A stretch of DNA of 64,000 bases from an uncultured Candidatus Saccharibacteria bacterium (GCA_964350885.1 CAYGKV010000001.1:4073-68072), one strand, 5' to 3'; positions 39,061 to 50,035 are shown, numbered from the stretch's first letter. Made by a program: numbers and translations. The notes: generated by a model from the sequence alone, not told the origin.

Positions 39061-39117
39061 ACGTGCTATAGTGGCCCGTACCAACCCCTAGCGCAAAGCG
39101 GGGGTCGAGGTCATATT

Positions 39118-41739
39118 ATGGAAGACAAAATTGTCGTAAAAGGCGCGAGAACACACAATCTCAAAAACGTGAGCGTGGAAATACCGCGCAATAAAATGGT
39201 CGTGTTTACAGGGCTTTCTGGGAGTGGGAAGTCGTCTCTGGCATTCGACACTATTTTTGCAGAGGGGCAGCGCAAATATGTGGAATCGCTCTCCGCCTAT
39301 GCTCGACAATTTTTACGACAAATGCAGAAGCCCGATGTCGATGAGATCACTGGTCTTTCGCCAGCAATTTCTATTGACCAAAAATCTCGTTCCAATAATC
39401 CGCGCTCGACGGTCGCGACCATCACGGAGATTTACGATTACTTACGCGTACTCTATGCACGCGTCGGTAAACCGCATTGCCCGACGTGTGGCAGGGAAGT
39501 GCGCAAGCAATCCAACGAAGAAATTTTGGAATCAGTGTTGGATATCGTCGAAAACTCTCGAAAGTCTGATGTTCGACTTCGTAAGTCGAACATCCTTACA
39601 AAAGGGGTGTCAGCTGCCAAAATACGCATAAGTTCGCCGGTGGTTGTTGGCCGAAAAGGCGAATATTTCCAACTCCTCTACGACATGCTCAATAAAGGTT
39701 TTGAAAAAGCGATCGTCGATGGAGAGGAAAAATCCTTGCGCGAACGCATAGACCTCAAAAAACATTTTAAGCACAATATCGATATTGTCGTTGACGAAAT
39801 ATTCGTTTCTGAATTTACCGACGATGCGAAAGCTGCGCGCGAGCGCGCGAGCGAAGCGATTGAGCGAGCTCTCTCGGAATCCGAAGGCCTCGTCAAAATC
39901 ACCGATGCAAGCGGAGAGAGCCGGATTGTTTCGGCCAAGTTCATGTGCCCGTATGATGGTTTTTCATTCCCCGAAATCGAGCCTCGCCTTTTCTCATTCA
40001 ATTCTCCGTATGGGGCGTGTTCTGAATGTAAGGGGCTTGGCAGTAAGTATTTTTTCGGAGATGAGCCATGTGACATGTGTAAGGGTGCCCGATTGCGACC
40101 CGAAGCGCTCAATGTGTTTTTGGGAAAAGTGCAGGGAGAACCTGGCGCGGGAGGGGTAACGGGGATGGACATTGTGCGACTTTCCTCGCTCTCGATAGAA
40201 GACGCGCAGGCTTTTTTTGCAAAGTTGAACCTCTCGAAAAAGGAACAAGAGATTTCTCGCGTCGTCATAAAGGAAATTACGAATCGTTTGCAATTCATGT
40301 TGAATGTCGGTATAGAGTATCTAACGCTCGATCGAAAAGCAAACACGCTCTCGGGCGGCGAAGCGCAGCGCATCAGGCTTGCCTCTCAGCTTGGGAGCGG
40401 GCTCGTAGGCGCGCTCTACGTGCTCGACGAGCCGACGATCGGGCTCCACCAGCGCGACAACGACAAGCTCATACAAACGCTCAAACGCCTCCGCGATCTT
40501 GGGAACACCGTGCTCGTCGTCGAGCATGATGAAGACACCATCTTCGCATCTGATTACATAGTAGATCTGGGGCCGGGCGCGGGAGTGCATGGAGGCGAGA
40601 TCGTCGTCTCGGGCTGGCTCGAGGATTTGCTTACTGCAAAAACCAATAAATCGAGTTCACGTACACTCGCATATCTGCGCGAGGAAGCACGAGTGGAGCG
40701 CCCGGAGAAACCTCGGACAGCCGATCGCGGATCGATCAAGATACGAGGAGCCAATAAGTTCAACATATCAAACCTCAACGTAGATGTACCGCTTTCGAAG
40801 TTTGTCGCTGTTTCGGGAGTTTCTGGTTCGGGCAAATCCACATTTCTCTACGAGATACTTCACCGTAATCTCCAAGCACGCTTCGATAAGCGATATCGCA
40901 CGGCAAAAATCTATAATTGCAAAGAATTTAGTGGTACCGAATATCTCGGTCGGGCCATATTGATTGACCAATCTCCCATTGGTCGCACGCCGCGGTCGAA
41001 TCCCGCGACCTACACGGGTGCCTGGACACATATACGCGATATGTTTGCGATGAACGAAGAATCGCGCGCGCGCGGATGGGGGCCGGGCAGATTTTCCTTC
41101 AATGTGAAAGGGGGACGCTGCGAAGCGTGTCAGGGCAATGGTCTCGTCGCGGTCGAGATGCACTTTCTCCCCACTGTTTACGTGACATGTGATGTGTGCA
41201 ATGGCAAACGTTTTATGAAAGAAACGCTCGAAGTAAAGTATAAAAAGAAAAACATTCACGATGTGCTTTCTATGACCGTCGAAGAGGCGAATATCTTTTT
41301 TGAAGACATTCCCGCTGTTGCCGACCGCATGCAGAGTTTGATTGATGTGGGGTTGGGATACCTTGAGCTCGGGCAAAGCGCCACGACTCTCTCCGGCGGA
41401 GAAGCACAACGTGTGAAAATAGCCTCTGAACTTTATCGACCGCATATCACAAAAAGTATTTATTTGCTCGATGAGCCGACGGTCGGACTGCACTATGACG
41501 ATGTCGCCAAACTCATCGACATTCTGCAAAAGCTCGTAGAGAGGGGAAATACAGTGATCACGATTGAGCACAATCTCGATGTCCTTAAGTGCGCGGATTA
41601 CATCATCGACATGGGCCCCGAAGGTGGCGCGGGAGGAGGCAAAATCGTCGCAAAAGGCACCCCCGAGGAGGTCTCAAAAACCGACGGTTCGCATACGGGG
41701 TATTACTTAAAGCGAGTTCTTAAGAAGAAACAGCATTAG
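39118..41739 (+). CDS. uvrA: excinuclease ABC subunit A
   Basis: two ABC ATPase modules ([19 protein letters not shown]), LSGGEAQR signatures, CxxC zinc fingers. Confidence 0.95.
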   Translation: MEDKIVVKGARTHNLKNVSVEIPRNKMVVFTGLSGSGKSSLAFDTIFAEGQRKYVESLSAYARQFLRQMQKPDVDEITGLSPAISIDQKSRSNNPRSTVATITEIYDYLRVLYARVGKPHCPTCGREVRKQSNEEILESVLDIVENSRKSDVRLRKSNILTKGVSAAKIRISSPVVVGRKGEYFQLLYDMLNKGFEKAIVDGEEKSLRERIDLKKHFKHNIDIVVDEIFVSEFTDDAKAARERASEAIERALSESEGLVKITDASGESRIVSAKFMCPYDGFSFPEIEPRLFSFNSPYGACSECKGLGSKYFFGDEPCDMCKGARLRPEALNVFLGKVQGEPGAGGVTGMDIVRLSSLSIEDAQAFFAKLNLSKKEQEISRVVIKEITNRLQFMLNVGIEYLTLDRKANTLSGGEAQRIRLASQLGSGLVGALYVLDEPTIGLHQRDNDKLIQTLKRLRDLGNTVLVVEHDEDTIFASDYIVDLGPGAGVHGGEIVVSGWLEDLLTAKTNKSSSRTLAYLREEARVERPEKPRTADRGSIKIRGANKFNISNLNVDVPLSKFVAVSGVSGSGKSTFLYEILHRNLQARFDKRYRTAKIYNCKEFSGTEYLGRAILIDQSPIGRTPRSNPATYTGAWTHIRDMFAMNEESRARGWGPGRFSFNVKGGRCEACQGNGLVAVEMHFLPTVYVTCDVCNGKRFMKETLEVKYKKKNIHDVLSMTVEEANIFFEDIPAVADRMQSLIDVGLGYLELGQSATTLSGGEAQRVKIASELYRPHITKSIYLLDEPTVGLHYDDVAKLIDILQKLVERGNTVITIEHNLDVLKCADYIIDMGPEGGAGGGKIVAKGTPEEVSKTDGSHTGYYLKRVLKKKQH

Positions 41740-44700
41740 GTTGAACGATATTCGCTCCACGATTTGGTTTTTAGTCCGTCTCCCTTTATCTCCGCAAGTG
41801 CCGTGACGAAGGCTTCGGCGAGTTGTCGGTTGGTAATGAGAGGGATATTCATATCGACGGCTCTTCGGCGAATGATAAAACCATCGGTCGATTCGCCGCC
41901 GAAGGCGTGCGTGGGGATGTTGATAATGAGGTCCACGAGGGCATTCGATAGCAATTCTGAGATGTTCGGAGTCTTGTCGTGACTTATTTTGTAGACCTTC
42001 TCGCATTCGATATTATTCGCGAGAAGGAAATCTGCGGTGTGCTCCGTTGCGAAGAGTTTGAATTTCATATCAGAGAGAATTTGCATTGCAGGCAAGAGCT
42101 TAATCTTGTTTTCTTCCTGACCGAGAGACACCAGTATGTTTTTCTTGGGCAAGCGGAAACCGGCCGCGAGCATGGATTTGATGAGTGCTTCGGAGTAAGA
42201 ATCTCCAAGGCACGCCACTTCGCCCGTCGAAGCCATCTCTACATGTGATCGTGGGTCTGCGCCTTTGATGCGGCTGTATGAGAATTGAGGTGATTTTACC
42301 GCGACACAATCCAATTCCACGGTACGGTATTCTCCCGCGATATCGTAGCCTAAGAGTGCGCGCGTCGCGATTTCGATAAAATTGTAGCCCGTCGCTTTCG
42401 AGACAAACGGGAAACTGCGCGAAGCGCGCAAATTGCATTCGATGACGAGGAGGTGATTGTCTTTGGCGATGAATTGAATATTAAACGGACCGGTGATCGC
42501 GAGCTTCTTCACGATCTCTCTCGTAATGTGTTTTGCGCGGCGGATGGTCTCGAGGTAGGTGCGTTGCGGGGGCAAAACGACCGTGGCATCGCCCGAGTGC
42601 GTGCCCGCGTTTTCGATGTGCTCGGTGATGGCGTAAATCGCGAGCTTTCCCTTTGCCGCCACGCCGTCGATTTCGATCTCGCGCGCATTCTCGATAAATT
42701 TTGAAATGACGACGGGATGGTCTGCAGAGACTGCAGCGGCGCGCTCGAGGTACTTGCTGAGAGATTTTGCATCGTATGAGACGTTCATTGCAGAACCAGA
42801 AAGTACGTACGACGGTCGAACCAGGACAGGGTATCCGATCTTTTCGGCGGTCTTGAGTGCCGCGGCGGTAGTAGTCAATTCTGCCCACGCTGGTTGATCT
42901 ACCTCGAGCTCGTCGAGCAATTTCGAGAAAATATGGCGATCCTCGGCGCGGTCAATGTCCGATGGGTTCGTCCCTAACACGTGCACGCCATTACGCTTGA
43001 GTGGGAGCGCAAGGTTGTTGGGAATTTGGCCTCCTGTCGAGACGACGATCCCGGTCGGCTTCTCAAATTCGACGATGTCGAGGATGCGTTCGAGAGAGAG
43101 TTCTTCGAAATAGAGTCGGTCCGAGACATCGTAATCGGTCGATACGGTCTCCGGGTTGGAATTGATCATGATCGTTTGGCGGCCACTTGTTTTCAATGTT
43201 TTTAGAGCTTGCACGCACGACCAGTCGAATTCGACTGAAGAGCCGATGCAGTACGGTCCGCTCCCGAGTACGGCAATTTGTTTTTTTCCCCGCTCCACAT
43301 CGTGCTCCGTGCCGTGATATGTCATGTAGAGATAGTTGGTTTCCGAAGGGAATTCGCCGGCCAGAGTGTCGATCCGTTTAATGACAGGAAATACTTTGAA
43401 TTTCTTCCGAAGTGAACGAACGTGCGCCTCAGTCGTTTTCTTTCCGCCCGAGGCGGATCGGCCTTGGGTCGAAATAACTGCAATTTGCCTGTCTGAAAAG
43501 CCGAGTTTTTTGGCGTTTCGGAGCGTCTCTGTATCAAGGCGTCGCTTTACCATTTCTCGCTCGAACGAGATGATGTTTTTCATCTTCTCCAAAAACCACG
43601 GATCAATTTTTGAAAGCGCATGGATTTTCTCCACGCTCACATTGGCGTGCAGTGCTTCAGCGAGCGCAAAGAGGCGGCGTGTCGTTGGGAATTTGATCTC
43701 TTTCTCATAGTCGAGGATTTTGAAATTACCATTCCTGTGCGCGGTAAATCCGTCGGCGCCGATATTTTGCATGCGGAGCGCCTTCTGAAGCACTTCTTCA
43801 AAACTCCGGCCGATAGCCATAACTTCTCCCACGCTTTTCATTTCTGTGCCGATGCGCGTGGCCGCTTTTTCGAATTTTGCGAGATCCCAGCGGGGGAGTT
43901 TGAGGACGAGATAATCGAGCGCCGGCTCGAAGCATGCGGTTGTGCCTGTGATTGCATTCTTCAGCTCGGGGAGCGTATACCCGAGCGCCAGTTTGGCAGC
44001 AACGAAAGCAAGTGGATATCCAGTCGCTTTAGAGGCGAGTGCTGAAGATCGCGAAAGGCGCGCGTTGACCTCGATCACACGGTAGTCTCCGGTCACAGGG
44101 TTCAGGGCATACTGGATGTTGCATTCGCCGACGATTCCAAGATGGCGGATCGTGCGTATTGCGATTTCGCGCAAGCGATGGTATTCCTCGTTGGAAAGGG
44201 TCTGAGATGGGGCAACGACTGCGCTCTCACCTGTGTGCACTCCCATTGGATCAATATTTTCCATATTGCACACAGTGATGCAGTTGTCGGCGCGGTCGCG
44301 CACAACTTCATATTCGACCTCTTTCCACCCAGTCAAATTTTCTTCTATAAGAACTTGCGGAGTAGAGCGGAATGCTTCGGTAAGTTTTATCGAGAGTTCT
44401 TCAGCGGTTCGCACGACACCAGATCCTTCACCACCGAGGGCAAAACCGGAGCGCATCATAACGGGGTATCCTATTGTTGCTGCCGCCGCGAGCGCCGCCT
44501 CGGGATTCGCTGTGGCAGAACTTCGTGCAGTTTGAACATCGATTTCGGAAAGTCGCTTCACAAAGAGCGCGCGGTCTTCAGTGTCGCGTATGGTTGAAAC
44601 AGGTGTTCCGAGTACGCGCACGCCATATTTTTTCAACACGCCCGTCTTTTCAAGTGCGAGACCGAGGTTGAGTGCTGTCTGTCCGCCAAATGAAAGGAGA

Positions 44701-45062
44701 ATGACATCGGGGCGTTCTTTGCGGATAATCTGCGTTGCGAAGTGCTCTGTAAGCGGCAGAAAATAAATCGTATCAGCAAGCTTCTCGTCCGTTTGTACGG
44801 TTGCGATATTTGGATTCATGAGAACTATCTGGATACCCTCTTCCTTGAGCGCTTTGATGGCTTGTGAGCCCGAATAATCAAATTCTCCGGCTTGGCCGAT
44901 TTTGAGTCCGCCGGAGCCGAGGAGAAGCACTCGACGGACCCGCCTCTTCGGCGTCGCTGTCTGCCGCTGCTGCGGCAGCGCTGCCTCTCGCGCCGTCGCG
45001 CTACGAGACACGCCGGAAGAGGCGGGTCCGCGCTCGTTAGAATCGATTAAATGCGAAGTCAT
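41736..45062 (-). CDS. carB: carbamoyl-phosphate synthase large subunit
   Basis: two ATP-grasp halves, GQAGEFDYSGSQ, MGS-like C-terminus; start chosen at ATG forming ATGA overlap with carA stop (ORF track runs further upstream, antisense into carA). Confidence 0.93.
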   Translation of the reverse strand: MTSHLIDSNERGPASSGVSRSATAREAALPQQRQTATPKRRVRRVLLLGSGGLKIGQAGEFDYSGSQAIKALKEEGIQIVLMNPNIATVQTDEKLADTIYFLPLTEHFATQIIRKERPDVILLSFGGQTALNLGLALEKTGVLKKYGVRVLGTPVSTIRDTEDRALFVKRLSEIDVQTARSSATANPEAALAAAATIGYPVMMRSGFALGGEGSGVVRTAEELSIKLTEAFRSTPQVLIEENLTGWKEVEYEVVRDRADNCITVCNMENIDPMGVHTGESAVVAPSQTLSNEEYHRLREIAIRTIRHLGIVGECNIQYALNPVTGDYRVIEVNARLSRSSALASKATGYPLAFVAAKLALGYTLPELKNAITGTTACFEPALDYLVLKLPRWDLAKFEKAATRIGTEMKSVGEVMAIGRSFEEVLQKALRMQNIGADGFTAHRNGNFKILDYEKEIKFPTTRRLFALAEALHANVSVEKIHALSKIDPWFLEKMKNIISFEREMVKRRLDTETLRNAKKLGFSDRQIAVISTQGRSASGGKKTTEAHVRSLRKKFKVFPVIKRIDTLAGEFPSETNYLYMTYHGTEHDVERGKKQIAVLGSGPYCIGSSVEFDWSCVQALKTLKTSGRQTIMINSNPETVSTDYDVSDRLYFEELSLERILDIVEFEKPTGIVVSTGGQIPNNLALPLKRNGVHVLGTNPSDIDRAEDRHIFSKLLDELEVDQPAWAELTTTAAALKTAEKIGYPVLVRPSYVLSGSAMNVSYDAKSLSKYLERAAAVSADHPVVISKFIENAREIEIDGVAAKGKLAIYAITEHIENAGTHSGDATVVLPPQRTYLETIRRAKHITREIVKKLAITGPFNIQFIAKDNHLLVIECNLRASRSFPFVSKATGYNFIEIATRALLGYDIAGEYRTVELDCVAVKSPQFSYSRIKGADPRSHVEMASTGEVACLGDSYSEALIKSMLAAGFRLPKKNILVSLGQEENKIKLLPAMQILSDMKFKLFATEHTADFLLANNIECEKVYKISHDKTPNISELLSNALVDLIINIPTHAFGGESTDGFIIRRRAVDMNIPLITNRQLAEAFVTALAEIKGDGLKTKSWSEYRST

Positions 45063-46108
45063 ATTTTGTTTTTTAAATCCTGAAGGAATTGGTCGAAAAT
45101 CCATGCTGTGTCCGTAGGTCCCGGCGACGCTTCGGGATGGAATTGTACGGAAGACCACGGCTTGCTTGTGTGTCGGATTCCCTCGTTGCTTCCATCGTTC
45201 GCATTTGTAAACCATTCTTCCCACCCGACGGGCAAGGAAGTGGAGTCGACAGCGTAGCCGTGATTTTGAGATGTAATGTAGCAACGACCTGTTCGCGTCT
45301 CGATGCATGGTTGGTTCTGAGAACGGTGCCCATATTTGAGTTTGTATGTTCGCGCTCCTGCCGCGAGAGCGAGGAGTTGGTTGCCGAGACAAATTCCCAG
45401 GATTGGTTTGTCGCTCGCCATCGCTTTTTGGATGTGTCCGATCGTCGCCACACACTCCGTAGGATCTCCGGGCCCGTTTGATACAAACAACGCGTCGTAT
45501 TCGTCGTTTGTAAAATCATAATCCCACGGTACGCGAGTGAATGTCACTTCGGGTCGCGCTAGCAGACGAATTTGATTTTCCTTCATGCCGCAATCAATCC
45601 CGATGATCTTTATCGGCCCGTTGCCATAGGTGTGTTTCTTTTTGGTACTTACGCGGGCGACTAGGTTTTCTTCGTTCGGTTCCTTGAGCTGCATGTTCGA
45701 CCTCGTAGGTCGAACATCTTCAATGCGACCCAACATTACGCCGCGCTCGCGCAAGCGTTTGGTGAGCGCACGAGTGTCGATACCGGTGATTGCCGGTACA
45801 CCGGATTCTTTGAGCCACTCGGCGAGAGAATGTTTTGCGTCGTGATGTGAATACTTCTCAGAATATTCTGAGACGATCAGCCCTGCCAACTGCACCTTCC
45901 CTGATTCCCAAGTCTTTTTGTCGGGGACTCCGTAGTTTCCGACAAGTGGGTATGTGCATACAAGAATCTGACCTGCATACGATGGATCAGTAAGACTCTC
46001 CACATACCCTGTCATGCCAGTATTGAAAACGACTTCTCCGGTCGCTTGGACGGATGCGCCAAAACTCTCTCCTTCAAATACAGCGCCGTCTTCAAGGAGT
46101 AGCTTCAT
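45059..46108 (-). CDS. carA: carbamoyl-phosphate synthase small subunit (glutamine amidotransferase)
   Basis: class I GATase triad context GICLGNQLL, CPSase small N-domain. Confidence 0.9.
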   Translation of the reverse strand: MKLLLEDGAVFEGESFGASVQATGEVVFNTGMTGYVESLTDPSYAGQILVCTYPLVGNYGVPDKKTWESGKVQLAGLIVSEYSEKYSHHDAKHSLAEWLKESGVPAITGIDTRALTKRLRERGVMLGRIEDVRPTRSNMQLKEPNEENLVARVSTKKKHTYGNGPIKIIGIDCGMKENQIRLLARPEVTFTRVPWDYDFTNDEYDALFVSNGPGDPTECVATIGHIQKAMASDKPILGICLGNQLLALAAGARTYKLKYGHRSQNQPCIETRTGRCYITSQNHGYAVDSTSLPVGWEEWFTNANDGSNEGIRHTSKPWSSVQFHPEASPGPTDTAWIFDQFLQDLKNKI

Positions 46109-46258
46109 AAAGCAAGAAAAAACCCGCGAGGAGCGGGTTGAACGATCAGATATAAAAATACACCCTGGTGGGTGTTCTTTGCGCGAATCTTCCTGGGGGT
46201 CATTAAAAGAACAGTATAGCCGATTTCAATTTTTTGTCAATGTCAGTATACTCACCCA

Positions 46259-47473
46259 ATGACTCGAGAAGAATTGCGGAAATTTACACTGCCGGATCAT
46301 CCTGGAGTTTATTTTTTCCGCGACACGAAGAAGAGGATTCTCTACATCGGTAAAGCCACCTCATTGCGCGATCGCGTGCGGAGTTATTTTTCTTCGGATC
46401 TCGGAGCAGGAAGAGGTGAGAGGGTTGTCGCCATGGTTGCCGAGGCCGCATCGATCTCGTACCAGAAAACAGATTCTGTGCTCGAAGCGTTGATGCTTGA
46501 AGCAAATTTGATCAAAAAACACCAACCCCCCTACAATGTCGATCAGAAAGACAACAAAAGCTGGAATTACGTCGTCATTACCAAAGAAGATTTCCCGCGA
46601 GTTCTTGTTGTTCGTGGGCGTGAACTCTTCCAAAAATCGGGATTTACGAAATCCCGATATGTATTTGGGCCGTTTCCTCACGGGAAGCAATTGCAAGAAG
46701 CGCTCAAGATCATTCGTAAGATTTTTCCGTATGCGGATGCGTGCGTCGCGGGAGTTGGGAAGCCGTGCTTCAACAGGCAGATTGGGTTGTGTCCCGGTGT
46801 GTGCTCGGGAGAAATCTCGAAAGATAAGTATGCGCGCACGATTCGCAACATCCGCCAGCTGTTCTCGGGTAATTTTAAGGGGCTCAAGAGCCAGCTCGCT
46901 CGGGACATGAAAATGGCAGCAGGTGCCTTGAAATTTGAAGAAGCCGCGCGGATTCGTCATCAAATACGCGCGCTCGAACATATTCGCGATGTATCGCTCA
47001 TAAGGGGAGAGCAGATTTCTGCGGGAGGCGGTGTGCGTATTGAGGCATTTGATGTCGCGCACACATCAGGTAGTGAAACGGTCGCTGCCATGACCGTAGT
47101 ACATGGTGGCGAAACGATGAAGGTGGCATATAGGAAATTTAAAATACAAACAGCGACCAACGATGACGTCGCCGCCCTCGGAGAAGCGCTCACGCGGCGA
47201 CTCAATCATCCCGAGTGGCCCCTGCCGCGCGTGTTTGTGGTGGATGGGGGGAAGGGGCAGCTACGCGCAGCGGAGCGGGTTTTGAAGCAAGCAGGAATCA
47301 TGGTGCCGCTCGTCGGCGTTGTGAAAAGTGAATTTCACAAGCCGGAGCGTTTGATCGGCGACAAACGGATGATCGAAGCATACGAAAAGGATATTTTACT
47401 CGCAAACAGCGAGGCGCATCGATTTGCGATTCAGTGGCATCGGATTCGACGTCGGAAAGCGATGGTACAATAA
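46259..47473 (+). CDS. uvrC: excinuclease ABC subunit C, short form lacking C-terminal (HhH)2
   Basis: GIY-YIG (GVYFFRD…LYIGKA), UVR domain (FEEAARIRHQIRALEHI), RNase H-like endonuclease domain (IEAFDVAHTSG…VVDGGKGQL); only 404 aa. Confidence 0.75.
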   Translation: MTREELRKFTLPDHPGVYFFRDTKKRILYIGKATSLRDRVRSYFSSDLGAGRGERVVAMVAEAASISYQKTDSVLEALMLEANLIKKHQPPYNVDQKDNKSWNYVVITKEDFPRVLVVRGRELFQKSGFTKSRYVFGPFPHGKQLQEALKIIRKIFPYADACVAGVGKPCFNRQIGLCPGVCSGEISKDKYARTIRNIRQLFSGNFKGLKSQLARDMKMAAGALKFEEAARIRHQIRALEHIRDVSLIRGEQISAGGGVRIEAFDVAHTSGSETVAAMTVVHGGETMKVAYRKFKIQTATNDDVAALGEALTRRLNHPEWPLPRVFVVDGGKGQLRAAERVLKQAGIMVPLVGVVKSEFHKPERLIGDKRMIEAYEKDILLANSEAHRFAIQWHRIRRRKAMVQ

Positions 47474-47477
47474 AAAG

Positions 47478-48446
47478 ATGGCACGAATGAGTGTTGGCGT
47501 TTTGCGCGGAGGAACATCGAGTGAATACCCTCTGTCGCTGAAGACAGGAGCAGCGATGCTCGCAGCTCTCCCCGGAGATCGATTCGACACGCGAGATATT
47601 TTTGTAGACAAACGCGGGTACTGGCATTCACGTGGGATTCCGATCGACGCAGCGCGAGCTCTTTCTCAAGTCGATGTCGCGCTCAATGCGCTTCACGGAG
47701 GCGTGGGAGAAGATGGTTCGGTACAGCGAATTCTCGAACGAGCGGGTGTCCCTTACATTGGCTCTTCTGCTCTACCCTCGTCTCTTTCTCTCAATAAGAT
47801 CCGCGCTCGCCAAGTCTTGCAAAAAGCCGGCATCCGCATGCCCCGCGCAATCTCATTTTCTACCCGCAATTCTCTCAATACTGTCGAAATGGCCCGAATT
47901 ATATTCGCACAATTTGGCCCACCGTACGTCGTGAAGCCGCCGAACGAGGGAGCTTCCCATGGCATCCGCGTAGCCGCGCACCTCGTCGAGTTGCCCGATG
48001 TTCTCGGTGATGTACTCGATGCCTATGGCGCCGCGCTCGTTGAAGAGTTTGTGCGCGGGCAAGAGGCGACCGTGGGTGTAATTGAAGATTTCCGAGGGGA
48101 AGAGATGTACACATTACCGCCAACACACGTCATTTTACCCGAGGGCGCGCGCTTCATGGATCCGCTTCATCATGAAGAGGGAAGTCTGCGACACATCGTA
48201 CCGAGCAACTTCAGTCACTCGGAAAAACAAGCTCTTGCAGATATCGCACGTGCAGCGCATAAGGCACTTGGCATGGGGCATTTTTCTCGAGCAGATATCA
48301 TACTCACCTCGCACGGGCCATACCTGCTTGAAGTAAATTCTATCCCCGGACTCTATCCCGGTGCCGCCTTCTCGCACATGCTCGAATCGGTGGGTTCCTC
48401 CGTGCGTGAATTCCTAGAACATGCTATTAACCTGTCTCGACATTAA
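47478..48446 (+). CDS. ddl: D-alanine--D-alanine ligase
   Basis: N-terminal MSVGVLRGGTSSE, ATP-grasp fold (EEFVRGQEATVGVI), C-terminal NSIPGL. Confidence 0.85.
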   Translation: MARMSVGVLRGGTSSEYPLSLKTGAAMLAALPGDRFDTRDIFVDKRGYWHSRGIPIDAARALSQVDVALNALHGGVGEDGSVQRILERAGVPYIGSSALPSSLSLNKIRARQVLQKAGIRMPRAISFSTRNSLNTVEMARIIFAQFGPPYVVKPPNEGASHGIRVAAHLVELPDVLGDVLDAYGAALVEEFVRGQEATVGVIEDFRGEEMYTLPPTHVILPEGARFMDPLHHEEGSLRHIVPSNFSHSEKQALADIARAAHKALGMGHFSRADIILTSHGPYLLEVNSIPGLYPGAAFSHMLESVGSSVREFLEHAINLSRH

Positions 48447-48454
48447 GTCCCTTA

Positions 48455-49732
48455 TTAATCTCCAGACACTATTAGAAATGGTCCCGAACCTGATCTCGAG
48501 ATAACAATACCATTCTTATCTTTTTGCGTGATGCTAATGCGATACGAAGCTGAAACGGGCACGTTTGAGGGAATTTTTATCTGAATCGAGGGTGTGTTCG
48601 GCTGAAAACTTGTGATGCCATACTCGGTCGAATCATCGTCGGCTTTTATGGAAGCAGAGATCGTACTTACTACCCCTGTGTTGAGATTTGATTCAAGATA
48701 TACATTGAGTGTATCTCCGATAAATGCTGCTTGGGAGCCGCCAACCAATCTCATGAGTTCATATCCTGGTATCTGGCTTTCGGTGTATCCGCGAACGCTA
48801 AGCCGCGAAATAAAAATTGATGGATTTTTGGCATAGTCACATGCGCCATCATACAATTTCACAGCTTTTGCTGACGAGAAGTAACATGAATTGGGGTATG
48901 TCTTTGGAGAGTTTCCACTTCCATCATATCCGCATATCGGCGCACTATCGGTTGGGCAACTCGTAACAGCCGGATCGTTGCCTGGGACGACAATACGAAA
49001 GCCGCGAGTTTCGGCGGAAGCAACGGTTGTTGGTCTCGGGCCTTGGCAAAATCCAAGACATGCGTCTGAAGGCGTATAAACGACCGCCTTAATTGCGAGT
49101 GGACGATTAAAACTCTCTGTCGAACAAAAGCTTAATCCATCAGAGAAACCGGAACAGAGCATTTTTTCTGGTTCGGGGATTTTCCAAGTGTATGAGCCAA
49201 GGTTGGGATTAAGTTGTCCTTTGATTACGATCCCATTGCTTGCCATAAGATACATTGTCGCGTTCTGCGGAATGCCTTGCGCGTTCCACCGTATCGTCAT
49301 CGAGTCGCCGATGCGAAACGTCTCGTCACCGGAAGGATAGTTGAACGATATGGATGCAGCGCCCGGTAGTGCGACTGAGGGCTTTGTGCCGCAGCGCGTC
49401 GCGATTGCGGCACGTGTTTTGGGGCCAATGACACCGTAGCCTGTCGAAACAGCGTTGCCGTATGAGACAATCGAATTTTGCGCCTGCCATTTTTGCACGG
49501 CTGCTTCTGTCATTGGTCCAAAGAATCCAGTTGCCAGGTCGTTTCCCAAGGATTCCTGCGCAATCAGGAATTTCTGAAGGGAGATTACGTCGTTGCCTCG
49601 ACTGCCGCGCGCAAGTGTACGATAGAGATTTGGACAAGAATCCGTCGTTGTTATTGCACTTGCAAGCATAGGAACAAGCAAATTGGAAACCAAAAGAGCA
49701 GCAAGGAGATTTTGCTTTTTCATGTTGTACAT
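48455..49732 (-). CDS. secreted protein with peptidoglycan-binding (PG_binding_1) domain and Cys-containing Kazal-like segment
   Basis: signal peptide MYNMKKQNLLAALLVSNLLVPMLASA; RGSRGNDVISLQKFLIAQESLGNDLATGFFGPMTEAAVQKWQ = PG-binding repeat; CPTDSAPICGYDGSGNSPKTYPNSC resembles Kazal core PxCGxDGxTYxNxC. Confidence 0.6.
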   Translation of the reverse strand: MYNMKKQNLLAALLVSNLLVPMLASAITTTDSCPNLYRTLARGSRGNDVISLQKFLIAQESLGNDLATGFFGPMTEAAVQKWQAQNSIVSYGNAVSTGYGVIGPKTRAAIATRCGTKPSVALPGAASISFNYPSGDETFRIGDSMTIRWNAQGIPQNATMYLMASNGIVIKGQLNPNLGSYTWKIPEPEKMLCSGFSDGLSFCSTESFNRPLAIKAVVYTPSDACLGFCQGPRPTTVASAETRGFRIVVPGNDPAVTSCPTDSAPICGYDGSGNSPKTYPNSCYFSSAKAVKLYDGACDYAKNPSIFISRLSVRGYTESQIPGYELMRLVGGSQAAFIGDTLNVYLESNLNTGVVSTISASIKADDDSTEYGITSFQPNTPSIQIKIPSNVPVSASYRISITQKDKNGIVISRSGSGPFLIVSGD

Positions 49733-49776
49733 TGTCTCATTTGCAACCCCCGTTTTCAACGTCACTACGCTTATTT

Positions 49777-49799
49777 GGTGGATCAGCGGGGGATCGGTC
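49777..49799 (-). other. relic copy of tRNA-Ala 3' end (acceptor/T-arm, ~19/23 identical)
   Basis: ggtggatcagcgggggatcggtc vs tRNA 3' segment tgtggaccagcgggggatcgaac. Confidence 0.4.
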
Positions 49800-49912
49800 A
49801 CGCATAATTCTTTCGCCGTCGCACAAGAATTTCCGCTACCCCGACTCGGCCTCCCCACTGTTGACTCACAAAAAATATTCGCTCGACGCTTCACGTCGAT
49901 CGCATTATTTTG

Positions 49913-49984
49913 TGGACCAGCGGGGGATCGAACCCCGGACCTCCTCATTGCAAATGAGGCATTCTACCACTGAACTACTGGCCC
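49913..49984 (-). tRNA. tRNA-Ala (anticodon UGC)
   Basis: GGGCCAGTAGTTCAGTGGTAGAATGCCTCATTTGCAATGAGGAGGTCCGGGGTTCGATCCCCCGCTGGTCCA: cloverleaf folds, anticodon loop UUUGCAA, G3:U70 Ala identity pair, discriminator A, no encoded CCA. Confidence 0.88.
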
Positions 49985-50035
49985 AAATTTTACTTTCCTT
50001 CGACAGTTCTCTAACTTATTACGCACAGAGCCGGT

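Noticed and set aside
45073-45519. ORFs overlapping the carA/carB junction and the 5' extension of the carB ORF (45063-45455)
   Set aside because: carB starts at the ATG forming an ATGA overlap with the carA stop; upstream extension is antisense to nothing conserved and lies within carA coding sequence.
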